NCBI GenBank assembly: GCA_028534125.1
Contig: CM052816.1
Location: 97,280,001-97,344,000, forward strand
Origin: Lama glama
Taxonomy: Eukaryota
Length of the DNA: 64,000 nt
Reading direction: 5' to 3'
Shown: positions 36,312 through 47,815 of the stretch, one piece after another
Layout of the letters: every line of letters begins with the position of its first letter
Position numbering within the stretch: the first letter of the stretch is position 1
The notes under the pieces: generated by a model
Told to the model about the DNA's origin: nothing
Seen by the model: only the letters and a program-made list of their open reading frames with translations
Database searches by the model: none
Made by a program: the position numbers and the translations under genes

Positions 36312-37060
36312 TTCTAGAACATAGACAGGTTTGTCTTTGTGGCTCGTGATCTTATTTGTAAATCCTACTGACAGTCTCACAGCTGAGGGACGGGAGACCT
36401 GGCATTACTTTAAATCACCCTCTAAGTTCTCACTGCAGAATCTACCAGTGAGGACGTCCTGACTAAGGTGACGCGTTAGGGAAGAATTCTGTTAGACAGC
36501 ACGCCATCACCGCCCTCTCTCCACTGCTGTGAAGCCACGCTTCTGGATGCCAGTGTTACTCACACGCCTCCTGGTAGACATTAAGGGGTTTGAGGTTTTG
36601 TTGTTGTTGTTTTAAATCGTACTTATTTTGCAAGCGCTTAGAAAAGCACTGGAATGCGGCCATTACTCAAAACATGTGTCCTGGATGGACTGATGACCGT
36701 GCAGTGGACGTATTTAATATGCTACCTAAATTTATAAGAAACAGATTTATTAAAATTATAACCTGATTTGTAAAAATAATACAGTTTTAAAAGTTATTAT
36801 TATTATTAAAGACGTTTGCTTTAAAAAAAAACTGCTTCTTAAATCACCTCCTACACTACATAATGGTTTTTTACAGTCTTGGACATTTAACTATCGATTT
36901 AATTGACAATGTTATACTGGTTCCCCATAAGGTTTATATGATTCTTCCATTAATTTTTCTAAAATCTCATCATGGGGTATCTTTCTGGAGGTACAGCGTT
37001 TTCACTGATTTAAATACCTCAGGAAGAAGTTCTCTCCTAACCCAAGAAGTTATTTACTAG

Positions 37061-37440
37061 GTCTGTGAGTCTTCTGTTTTGTAGATGAGTTCATTAGTGT
37101 TCTCTTTTCTCTTTCTTTTTTTTTTTAAGATTCTATATATGAGTGATATCATATGATATTTCACACATAGTAAACAATTTTATGGTCACCGGGGGAAGGG
37201 GGTGGGAAGGGATAAATTTGGGAGTCTGAGATTTGCAATTGTTAGCCACTATATATAAAAATAGAGTAAAAAACAAATTTCTGCTGTATAGCACAGGGAA
37301 CTGTATTCAACATCTTGTAATAACCTTTAATGAAAAGAATATGAAAATGAATATATGTATATATACATGCATGACTGGGACATTGTGCTGTATACCAGAA
37401 ATTGATACATTATAACTGACTGTACTTCAGTTTAAAAAAA
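37061..37440 (+). mobile_element. L1 3' insertion with 5' inversion (37061-37161 antisense, 37162-37440 sense)
   Basis: Antisense block (gtctgtgagtc...tgtagatgagttcattagtg...gagtgatatcatatgatattt) abuts the sense block that follows it in the L1 UTR (catagtaaacaa...actgtacttcagtttaaaaaaa); flanking repeat aagttat. Confidence 0.85.
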
Positions 37441-37517
37441 AGTTATGTGTGTGTTACTTACAACAAAAAATAAGCCACAGAGAGACAGGAAAAACCCCAG
37501 AAAAGCCATAACCTAAT

Positions 37518-37755
37518 GAATGGCTACATTTATTGAACACCTAACATGGGCCAAGCACTCAGCTAGGAATCATATACACACAGTCCCCAGTCCTCAGTCC
37601 AGTTCTGTCATTGGCCCCATTTACAGACAAGTAAACAGATGGATAGTCAGCGAAGCTAAGTCACTTACTAAAACCCATACAACCAATTCAACCACAACTG
37701 GGATTTGAGCTCAAGTCTTTTCTGCTCCAAAACTGAAGCTCTTTTCACCAGGCAT
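37518..37755 (-). mobile_element. MIR (MIRb-like)
   Basis: ggctacatttattgaacacctaacatgggccaagcact...ccccattttacagacaagtaaac...gctaagtcactt...ctgggatttgagctcaagtct. Confidence 0.8.
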
Positions 37756-39043
37756 CACGTTGTCTTTGAAAAGTGGAGACACGTCTTTCACTTCCAGGGG
37801 ATGCGGCAAAAATAATTCACAAGAGAATTTAACTTCTTTTGCCAGCACAGCGCACAAATAAGCTTTCCTAGTTCTACAGCTGCAGGTTCAAAAGATGAGG
37901 GACAGTGAACAGAGGCATGCTGCGTATCCAGGAAGCATCTGCATGCCCGCTGTGGACCACAGAGCCAAGACAAAGCCCCTTCTACAAGCAGCATCCAGGA
38001 AGCTGGATGAAAAGAAAAGAGAGCCGGGGACTTGAGGTGAGAGGAGAGTTATGACTGGGCTCCGAGAGCCCAAACTCGGGCTCTTGGGACAGTTCATAGG
38101 CCATGGAGGACTTTCTGCAAGGGACACGCAGCTTGTTCTCAAGGGCTGGCCAGGTGATAAGAGGGGGATGCTCCAGAGCAAGGACAAAACAGACATAACA
38201 GGACTTAGGTGAGATAAGGCAGAGCACAATCAGGTACCCACAAGGAGCTCAGCGTCTGCAGAGCTGCGAGTCCAGCAGGGGAGGATCAAGGGAGGGGCGG
38301 GGAGGGTGCACATGGTACAGGGCCTTGCATCCTATCCCAAGAGACCTGGGTCACTTGTCCTGCAGGAAATAAGAACCACTGGAGGACTGTGAAGGCGGAC
38401 GTCAGCTTTAGGATGGTCACCTGGAGGGCTGTGGGTCAGGCGCAAAGCCAGGCCAGGCGTCTGTCTCCTGCAGCTTCCAGGGTGGGGGGCAGCAGGATGA
38501 AGAGCAGGAAAGTGATTTCTGACTAATTCTGAAGACAAACATTTACTGAGACCTGGAGCCAGAGATAATCAAAATGATTCTCGAATTATATGCAAGTAAA
38601 ACGGCCTGGGAAGAAATAGAAATACTTTTCCACTTTGTAGATGTTATAAATATTAGATTTGAAAGCATGCTAAATAAGAAATGAGAATCTTAAATTGATC
38701 CAAAAGAAAGATAAGCTCAAAATAGTTCTTAAGAGTTTCCATAAGAATCCAACACCAGGATGAAATTTCTACACACTTACCTAGTCTTTTTAATCCAAAC
38801 CCACAAAATTCTTTAAATTCCGTATGAGACAGAGTTAAGGGAAGGAAAGAAATTAACTGTGTATGTAGTCTATAAGTTTACTTTTAAATTTTGTTTAGAA
38901 ATGACAGCTTTTAGTCTAAAAGCTAGATCAACGTGAAAACTTATATTTATAAGAAAAAACTGACCAAACTCCTCAAAAGTTCAAAAAGCTGTTAAATAAG
39001 TCGTGAAGGCAAACTATTGCTGAGGGAAGTGCCCCAAGTGGGG

Positions 39044-39193
39044 TTTTTGTTTGTTCGCTTGTTTTGTTTTTTTATGGGGGGGTCACTAGGTTTATTCATT
39101 TATTTCTGTTTGGAGGCGGTACTGGGGATTGATCCCAGGACCTCTTGCATGCTGACCACGTGCTCCACCACTTAAAATATATACCCTCCCCCC
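39044..39193 (-). mobile_element. Camelid Vic-1-type SINE
   Basis: ggaggcggtactggggattgatcccaggacctcttgcatgctgaccacgtgctccaccactt...ataccctcccc is the reverse complement of the 4194 element; imperfect TSD caag(aa)tgggtttt. Confidence 0.88.
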
Positions 39194-40267
39194 AAGAATG
39201 GGTTTTAATACACAGTAGATCACGTAACAAAAAGAACTGAAAATGTGATTTGCAATGCAGTAATAAGATGTTGGAGTCATAAGATTCCAGTTCTTAGAGT
39301 CATCCGAGAAGGTTCTCGAAGGATAATCAACTGAATCAATTAGTACTGAACCAGCTCTGCAAGATTCACTGAGAGATGGCAGGAATGGGCAGCGCGTCCC
39401 ACCTGCATAGGTGAGGCTCTTCTAGTCACCTCCTCCTAACCTCTGCTGCGATCCACCCACTTCTGTCACAACAGCTGTCACCTCCAATCCCACAGCTACC
39501 AAATGGGCCCACAAGCGACAGATCCACTTGGGACCACTGTATCTGAGACGCAAGACTTCCACACCCCATGATGAGCAGAATTTCCTAAGAGTCTGGACAC
39601 TCTTCAGCATGGAAAGGCTGGATGACCTTCCAAATGAAGGCTTAGCTCTGCCCACAGAACATCCTTTGTGCTCAGTCAAAAGAAGCAGTCTTCAACCTAT
39701 TATTAAACCCAAAACCAGAGGTTTAGATCACAGGATAACCCTTAGCTTGAAGCACTAAGTCCTTCATTGACAAAACTTCCCGAGATACCTGTCAGACAGT
39801 TTACTTCAGATGAATGCCCTCAGTGTCTTTACAATTTTTGAAAAGTGTCTTTATTTCTTAATTAAAAGGAACTCAAATCAGTGGCCTTCTCTGCCTCTTT
39901 AAGTGGCTAAATGGATAAAATGCTCTGTATCGGTCCAGGGACAAAGCTCGCAGGGGCTGCTTGGACTCAAGCCTCCAGCCTATTTTTCTTATGAATCATG
40001 TTAACATCACTGGAGACCAGTTCAATTTTGTCTAATTTTCCTGTCAAGGACAAGTACTCCCGGATCCTTGAACCCTGTGTGTACCCAGTATCCTAATTCT
40101 TTAACCATCTTCGTGTCTTTTCTCTGATTATAACACTACAAGTTTGGTTTAAAACTTACTTAAAATTCATGTGAGGATCTGACATCGTGATGAAAGCAAA
40201 ATGACAAAATAAAAGTTTAATTAAGGGTGTCAGGGTCGTTATCACTCTTCCTGATTATTTAAAAAAA

Positions 40268-40431
40268 TTTTTTTTCATTTGTGAATTTTTTTTGCTCATT
40301 TTTTTTATCTCATTTTGAGGGAGGAGGTTTTTAGGCATATTCATTTATTTTATGTTAATGGAGGCACTCGGGATTGAACCCAGGACCTCCTGAATGCTAA
40401 ACACACACGCTATCACCGAGCTGTACCCTCC
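40268..40431 (-). mobile_element. Camelid Vic-1-type SINE
   Basis: atggaggcactcgggattgaacccaggacctcctgaatgctaaacacacacgctatcaccgagctgtaccctc; imperfect TSD tcac(tc)ttcctga. Confidence 0.85.
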
Positions 40432-41066
40432 TCACTTCCTGACTCTCTTTAAAGGACATGACCACTTCGCCCAGCGCTCATGCTCAGAGATGTCGCACAG
40501 AGAAAGAACTGCCCGCCAGTGCCCTCGTTTGGTGTTATCTACCCAGGGAGCACGGATGTTTACGATGCCGTGTGTTTGCACGCCCTTTCATCCCACCCCT
40601 CACGAGTCTATTCATGCAGGCATCCATTTAACATTGCGTACCCTCTGTGCTGGGACAAATAAAAATATTGAAAAGCTCAGGTTCCTGCCACAGATCTCAA
40701 CAGCTCATCTCAAGGACCAGGGATGTGTGACAGAAGGACACACAGACAAATAAGCATCCTGAAAGAGGATGGGAGGATTCGTGCAGAAAATCATAACACA
40801 GAGCAGACTACGGGATTGGGCAGAGAAGTGAGGAGGGTCCCCACGCCCTCAGCCTTCATCTCCAGATTAGTGACTCCCCATGGGCACTGGTCCCTTCACC
40901 ACCTTAGCTCTGCTTCTGGTCAACTCAGGTCTGTCTCCCTGAGTTCAAATGCGGAGAGGGGAGCAGGAACGCTGCAGGACTAGAACAGAAGGCTTTGAAG
41001 CACGAGTCCTTTAAACAACGCTGGGACTCACACTTGCTAAACTTCTAGTAAATCAGACAAACCAAC

Positions 41067-41186
41067 TGCTATGGACCAAACTGTGTCTCCCCCAGATTCA
41101 CATGTTGGGGCCCTAACCCCCATGTGACTGGATGTAGGGTAAGGAAGTAACTCAGATTAGATGAGGTCCTAAGAGTGGAGCCCTGG
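41067..41186 (+). mobile_element. MLT1A/B LTR 5' fragment
   Basis: tgctatggaccaaactgtgtctcccccagattcacatgttggggccctaacccccatgtgactg...gattagatgaggtcctaagagtggagccct. Confidence 0.8.
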
Positions 41187-41879
41187 GCTGCTTAGTCTCT
41201 TTACCTGTTATTTTCTACTTCCTCATCCCATTTTTTGGTCAATGTCTTGATCTAGAGTTTGACACAGAAGGTGAAAATTTAAGAAACTAAGAAAAGGTTA
41301 AAAACTAAGTATTTCCAGTTTGATCCATAAAGAAAACATTTCTTCTTCTTTTCTTGGAAATTAACCAGAACACCAAAGAGCACAGGAAATACATATATAA
41401 TTCATATTTTCAACAAAATTAGAAGATCAATAGACCCTCCAGATTCCAAGGGCTTCTAAATGCAATCAGGGCCCAGAGGCAGGAAACCAAGAAAAGAACT
41501 ATAAGAGAACCCTAGTAAAGGAGGCCACAGATTCAGAAAGGAAGCAGAAACGCACCTCGCCAAGGTGAGGAGCCCACCCAGACGTGTAAAAGTCACGTCC
41601 CACCCTCTTTTGCAACTGAAGGAATACTGGTGGAAGCCCTCTTGGATTCAGGATGCTCAGGAGGCCAGGCTCAAGAAGGAGTGGCATCACCAGGTGCCTG
41701 CAGGAAGCAGTCCTGCTCTGAAGCATGGAGGTTCTGTCCCTAAGCATCTCCACTGGCTAGAGGAACACAAGGACTTGAGCGTCACTTAGCACAGCAACTC
41801 ACCCCCAGAGTGCTCAGCGCTCTAGTGGTGGCGATGAGCGTGGTTAGCAGTAGCAGCAGTGGCATGTAGTTCATATTAA

Positions 41880-43400
41880 AAAGGGACTCTGCAAAAATGG
41901 AAAATTAAGTGCCGAGCAGTAATAAAGCATCAAGTTGCACTAAAGTTGCTGGACTTCAGAAATAAAGAAGTCCCTTGGGCAATCAGGCAGAAAGATCAAT
42001 TCTGTTGTAAGGGGAAGGAGCAATCCAGGCTGGCCTTCGATTACCAAACAATGACCTCAATAAATTCTAAAAAGTAGAAAGAGCATAGACAATTCTCCAA
42101 TCTTAATGCAGAAAGGGCTAAAATTAATAATAAAGCAGAAAATAAAAATCCACTATCATCTAAAAATAAGACAACAACAAAGTTCCTCTGTGTCAGAAAA
42201 GAAATTCAAACCAAATCATCAAAGTATCTAGAAAATAATGATGATGGGTACAAACAAAGCATAGAGCTAAAGCAGGCTCCAGAGGAAAATGCATAGCCTG
42301 CAATACTTTTATGTATGTAAATAAAAGAGAAAAAAATGAATGGATTAAGCATCTAACACAAAAAGTTTGAAATAAAATAAAACAAGCCCAAGGAAAATTA
42401 ATGTAAGGAAATTAATAAAGAAAAAGCTGAAATAAAATTACAGAAAATCAATAAAAATAATAAATATATTAAAAATTCACCCTTTGCTGAATAAAAGAAA
42501 TAAGCAAAAAATTGTTAGATGAATCAGGAGTTAACAGAGAAAGGACAAATCTGAAGAATAAGAAACTAACCAGGGAAAAGTACACACAAGAACAAAGTGA
42601 AACCATGAGAAGAGATCACTCAACTCCACGGAATACAACTGCAATCTTAGATGAAAGAGACTACAGTTATTAGAGTGCATCTTTGAGAAAAACATTCCAG
42701 AAAAGAAAGTAAATCTAAACAGAAAAGTTGCACAGCAAAAAAAAAAAAAAAAAAGGGAACGTTCTCTCATCTAAATGAACATTTGGGATGGAAGGTGGTC
42801 ACCCATGAGCGAAGCACCCAGCCTCATCCCTGGCCCATGGCCAGTGCTGCCTGCACTTGCTCTTACTGTCAAAATAGACTCAAAATCCTTCATAATTGTT
42901 AGTCAAAAGAACCAAGCAGCAAATTAGATAAAAACACAACATGACCTGCTGACTTAATTCCAAAAATTCAAGAATTTTTCAGTATTATAAAAGAGGAGAA
43001 ATCACACAATTTTGCCCATGGGTTATTGTTTTAAAGGGTCTTTTCATAAAGTTCAAGATCGTTTTTAAAAAAAGAAAAAAAAGAAAATGTCTCTAACTAG
43101 GAATTGTTACATCCTTCAAATTATAACATTTATTTAACTTAATCCAAAAGCCAGCATATTGCTTAAAGGACAAACATCAGTCTTACTAAATAATAATAAT
43201 AAAAAACAAGTGAGTCTACTACCACGTTAATGTTAATTTTTTTTTCTGGAGGCACAAGGCAAAGCAATTGGAAAGAAAAGATGGTTTTAAAAATCAGAAA
43301 GTGTATATCCATTTGAAAATGATGTGATTATATACCCAGAAATCCTAAAAGGATCAAATGAAAAACCACTACAAACAATGAGAGAATTTAAAATGCTTGG
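41880..43400 (+). mobile_element. Ancient L1ME ORF1/ORF2 fragments
   Basis: A-rich; caggctggccttcgatt (ORF1 end), gctaaagcaggctccagaggaaaatgcatagcct, gatgtgattatatacccagaaatcctaaaaggatcaa (RT region). Confidence 0.7.
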
Positions 43401-43833
43401 AAGAAGCATATTTACTGAAAACCTTTTGAAACCTTTATCTTAAATTTTTTTAAAATGTGACCATATCACCTGTTTTTTAAAAAATGGGGCAAAGAGCCAA
43501 TGACAGATGTTCAGCTGCCCTCCCATCTGCAATCATCCCTCAGGAATCCTTGCTGACCGCCCTGTGGATGAGAGTTTTATTTAAACAAGAGTGGAATTCC
43601 CATATGTTTCCTCACTCTAAACTCTTCTAGCTTTGCTTTATTTTCCTATGTGTTACCAAAGATAACTTCCAAGGAAGTATCTTCGTATGTTATACACCGT
43701 AGAGCTTAGTCACACCTGAGCAGGCAAGGGAAGGGGAACCCCACAGACCCTCTGGTCTCAGAGAACACATGGAGTGTCTCCAGCAAGCCTTGCGGGAGAG
43801 GATGGAACTGCTGTCCAGCTGTGGCTGCTGGTC

Positions 43834-44278
43834 TGTAGTGGGTTGAACAGAAGTTCCCAAAGTTATGTCTAATGGGAACCTCAGATTATGAACTTTTTGA
43901 AATAAGAGTCATTACAGATATAATTAAATTAAGGATGCTGCTATGAGATTATCAGAGTGGGTCTTAAAGACAATGGCCAGTGTCCCTGTAAGAGACAGAA
44001 GGGGACAAGATGCAGAGACATGAAGAGGCCAGTGAGGATGGACACAGAGATTGGAGTTTTGAAGCCCCAGGCCAAGGGATGCCAACTATTGCTGGTGACC
44101 ACCAGAAGCTAGGAGAGAGGTGTAAAAATCTCCCTCAGAGGGTCCAGGGAACCCAGCTTTGCCAACACCTTGGTTTTGATTTCTGTGAAATGATAAACTT
44201 GAAAATTTAGAAACTGCTGTTGTTTTAAGCAACCAAGATTGTGGTAATTTTTTTCAGCAGGATTAGGAAACCAATACA
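43834..44278 (+). mobile_element. ERVL-MaLR solo LTR, MLT1C-like
   Basis: tgtagtgggttgaa...ggaacctcagattatgaac...gccaagggatgccaact...ccaccagaagctaggagagagg...tgccaacaccttggttttga...ctgttgttttaagcaacc...taggaaaccaataca. Confidence 0.85.
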
Positions 44279-44929
44279 GTATCTCAGGTGGGGGTGTGGT
44301 AGGAGTGATGCAAAGAGATGGAGCTGTATATATGCATGTCTCTATGACCACAAAGCTGAGCTGCAGGATGGTCAGATCCAACCCATCAAGGCACCACTGG
44401 CTGGTCCAAATGAGCAATCCCCATGGTTGTCTGGGGAACAGGAGTGGCTTTTATAGGGAACAAGACAGTGGCAATTGACCCTATACATCCTTCTCTCTCA
44501 GTCCTGACAAGAGGTGAGCTGTGTCTCGTGTTTCCAAACCTAACTATCCCATTACCCTACAGACACACAGGAATTAGCAGAACTTCTAAGCTCCACTCGT
44601 CAGTGGAGTGTGGGCTTCTGGCACCTCACCAGGATGAAGCCACACCCCCTACCTTAAGTCTGGGTAGGACACACTGCAGGATGGTCAACCAGACCAGACC
44701 TGGCTCTGAGAGTCTTGCATACGTATGATGCAACTTTCACCCTACTTAACTCCATAGGTCACTCGGACTTTGGTTATTAACATTTATCTTCGAAGTATTT
44801 CTATGCTCCACATTTCTTAGCTTCTGTAAGTCTTTTAGACTTAGCAAAATACATTACTGCTGCTGCTTCTGTCTACTGTTTAGTGAGGGCTGAGGACAAG
44901 CCCTGCTTGGTAACAGTTCTTCTTGTACA

Positions 44930-45540
44930 CGAAATCATCTAATCAGCACCAAGGCCAGCGACTACTAGGGAGGCTGGTGTTACTGTTGCCATATTCGAGA
45001 TGAGAAAACTGAGTAAACCAAAGAATTAGTACAAGTTTATTTGATACTGCAGTTGGATTCTCCAGGAAGCACATTCTGAAACAGAAATTGGTGTTTATTA
45101 GGGGATGCTGTTTGGATCAATGCCCATCAGGAAGGAAGGATGCAGGGCTTGGCAGAGGGAGAAGCTGAGCTTGGATGTGGGCCTGACAACTTCAGACAAA
45201 CTCAAAGAAGCTCTGGAGCTAAAATGGCCCATCAGACCTGTTCTGCATTGGGCCAAAACGGAGAGAATTTAACCCCCCAACTCTATCAGTCACGGATGTG
45301 GACCACTCTGAAAGGTATGACGTTGGGCTGGGAGCTCTATGCACCTAAGGCAGCCTGGAAGGGTCTAAGAGCTGAAAGTCAGTCACTGACAACACCCCCA
45401 ACAGCAGGACAACCGGCCTTTCTTTCAGGGAGATGTGAGTGGCCCATCCTCATGTTCACCGCACAGGGCTGTTAAGTGGGAGAACAGAATCCAAACTCAG
45501 ATTCCATCTGAGACCAATGCGCTTGCTCTACCCACCATCT
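44930..45540 (-). mobile_element. MIR split by an LTR16-like insertion
   Basis: Left part ccatattcgagatgagaaaactgag; right part aagtgggagaacagaatccaaactcagattccatctga. Confidence 0.55.
45045..45462 (-). mobile_element. ERVL LTR16A-like solo LTR
   Basis: ggattctccaggaagcacattctgaaacag...ttggcagagggagaagctgagc...agctctggagctaaaatggcccatcaga...caacacccccaacagc. Confidence 0.7.
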
Positions 45541-45769
45541 CATATTCTCTCTCATATCAAGACATTCATGAGCTACCGAGAAGGGTATCAAACATGATTC
45601 ACCCAGAGGCTGGCCAGCAGGACCTCACATCACCTAAGGGAGGCATGCTGTGATTATTGCTGCAAAAATGGACAGGAAGCATGTCCCTTCCCTATGCGCC
45701 CAGCCTATCCAGTCCACTGCATCCACAAATATGATGAGAGTGCTGTAGGTCTGTCACCATGCAGTTAAT

Positions 45770-45920
45770 ATTATTAATACCTAGTATTACTCACTGATGT
45801 ACTCACTATGTACCCGGTCCAGTTAAGTCCTTTTCATTTATCATCTCATTTAATCATCTCTGCTGCCCTAGGAAGAAGTCATTATTATTATTCTTCACAC
45901 TTTGAAGATAACTAGGAACA
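45770..45920 (-). mobile_element. MIR fragment
   Basis: actcactatgtacccgg...tatcatctcatttaatcatctc...ccctaggaagaagtcattattatt. Confidence 0.6.
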
Positions 45921-46908
45921 CCCCCAGCCCTGTCTCTCCTTGGGGTGCCTCCTGGTGACTATGTGCACATACTCTCTCCATGGCACCAGCTCATTGGCTT
46001 TCTCTCTACTCTTTAAAGACACCCCTTAGAACCAGAGCCAAGTTCTTGCTAAAGTCAAGCTGCAGATACAGAACCCTCTCAAGTTCACACAATCCAGCAG
46101 ATTCATCATTTGTCCTGCAAGTACACAGAAGGAGCCCATCCTGTGCGATGCCCCGTGGTGGGGTGCTGCTGGTGTTCTCCTTGTCTTCTAGGGGTTTTAA
46201 AAAGCATCACTGATGGTTTAATAAATGATTAGACATCAATATCTTCCAGAAACTCTCCTCAAAAATAAACATGTGGAATGGAGAGCGCCTCAGATCTCTG
46301 TGTGTAATGGAACAAAATGCATGGTTGGTGAAAGTAAAGGAAAACCGCCTGTCAAGGTGTCAGCCAGGGCAATGCGGCGTTCAGCCAGCATGTGATCAGT
46401 CTGTAATGATGCGTCTAATTTGACATGAATCCATTCCTCTGAAAGAACAGAAAGCTCAGGATTCAGGTGACAGATTCAAGAAAAGGACAGAGACGGCTGA
46501 TGGCTGATCAATGGCATTTTTCATTTTTAGAGAAACTTTTCTTTTTCAGGCTCCTTTGATCAAATCTCCAAGACAAAACTTGTAGTCTAAGAAGGCTTCC
46601 CTTTACCTCTGTTCCTTCTGCCCCCTCCCCAAAACAGCTTCACAAACACTAGAAAACAAACCTGGATTTCATTCCATCATGAGAGTCAAATAGTTTATTA
46701 CCAACATAAAGCTTCTTGTCCTCAAACATTCTTGAAATTGCCAGAGCGTTTTTAAAGGGTTTGGTATCCTGCAGGGAAGTGTAAATTTTTGTTTCATTGT
46801 TCACTTGCCTTACACCAAACTCTCTTTGGTGGGATGAGATGGTGCAAAGTCCTTGTCATTTAGAGGAGAATGGGGTTTATCTGTCCAGCTGGGGCAAGGA
46901 TAAGGAAG

Positions 46909-47815
46909 TGTAATAGGAAAGAACAAATCTGACTCCATATCAGATCTGTTTCTTTTCCTTCAACCTTCGTATTCTATTGCTTTTGCTAGAAGTTAATCAC
47001 TAAAGGGACACTGCCTCTAAGCTTCAAGTATACATAATGGCCTATCTCCAGGACCCCTGCCTCCCAGGCCTGAATGTTAAGCTAAAGAGAAAAATACCAT
47101 ATGAGATCGATCATATGTGGAATCTAAAAAAAAAGAACATAAATACAAAATAGAACAGACTCATAGACATAGAATTCACACTTGTGGTTGCCAAGGGGGA
47201 TAGGGGGTGGGAAGGGACAGACTGGGAGTTCAAAATCTGTAGATACTGACAGGCATATGCAGAATAGATAAACAAGATCACATTGTATAGCACAGGGAAA
47301 TATATACAAGATCTTGTGGTAGCTCACAGTGGAAAAAAATGTGGCAATGAATATATGTATGTTCATGTATAACTGAAAAATTGTGCTCTACACTGAAATT
47401 TGACACAATATTGTAAAATGACTATAACTTAATAAAAAAAAAGTTAATAAAATAAAATAAAATACCTTTGCTTAGCTCACAGGAAACATCCTGACCAGGC
47501 CCACGTGTGAATGACTACAGGAAGGAAAAAATTAACACATCCCCTCCTGGGTCTGGCCCGAACCAGGAAATATCTGTAACAATTTTATCGCCCCCCCTCC
47601 TTCTTTTTTAACTTTACCTCCTCACTTCCCCATCTTTGTTCTATAAAAAACATTAGCATCCAACCCCGGGCAAGATGGTTCTTTGGGACACTAGTCCACC
47701 ATCTTCTCAGTGTGCTGGCTTTCCAAATATAGTGGCTATTCCTTGCCCCAACAACTTGTCTCTCGATTTACTGGCTTGCTGTGTGGCAAGCAGTACCAGC
47801 TTGGACTCAGGAACA
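46909..47815 (+). mobile_element. ERV1-class solo LTR (MER34/MER39-like 3' end), interrupted by an L1 tail
   Basis: TG...CA termini (tgtaatagg...ggactcaggaaca), perfect 4-bp TSD GAAG/GAAG, TATA-like ctataaaa at 47641, U5-like ccaccatcttctcag...tattccttgccccaacaac...gcaagcagtaccagcttggactc. Confidence 0.85.
47087..47460 (+). mobile_element. Young camelid L1 3'-UTR tail nested in the LTR
   Basis: aaataccatatgagatcg...atgtggaatctaaaaaa...tgtagatactgacaggcatatgcagaatagataaacaag...gactataacttaataaaaaa...aataaaataa. Confidence 0.93.
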
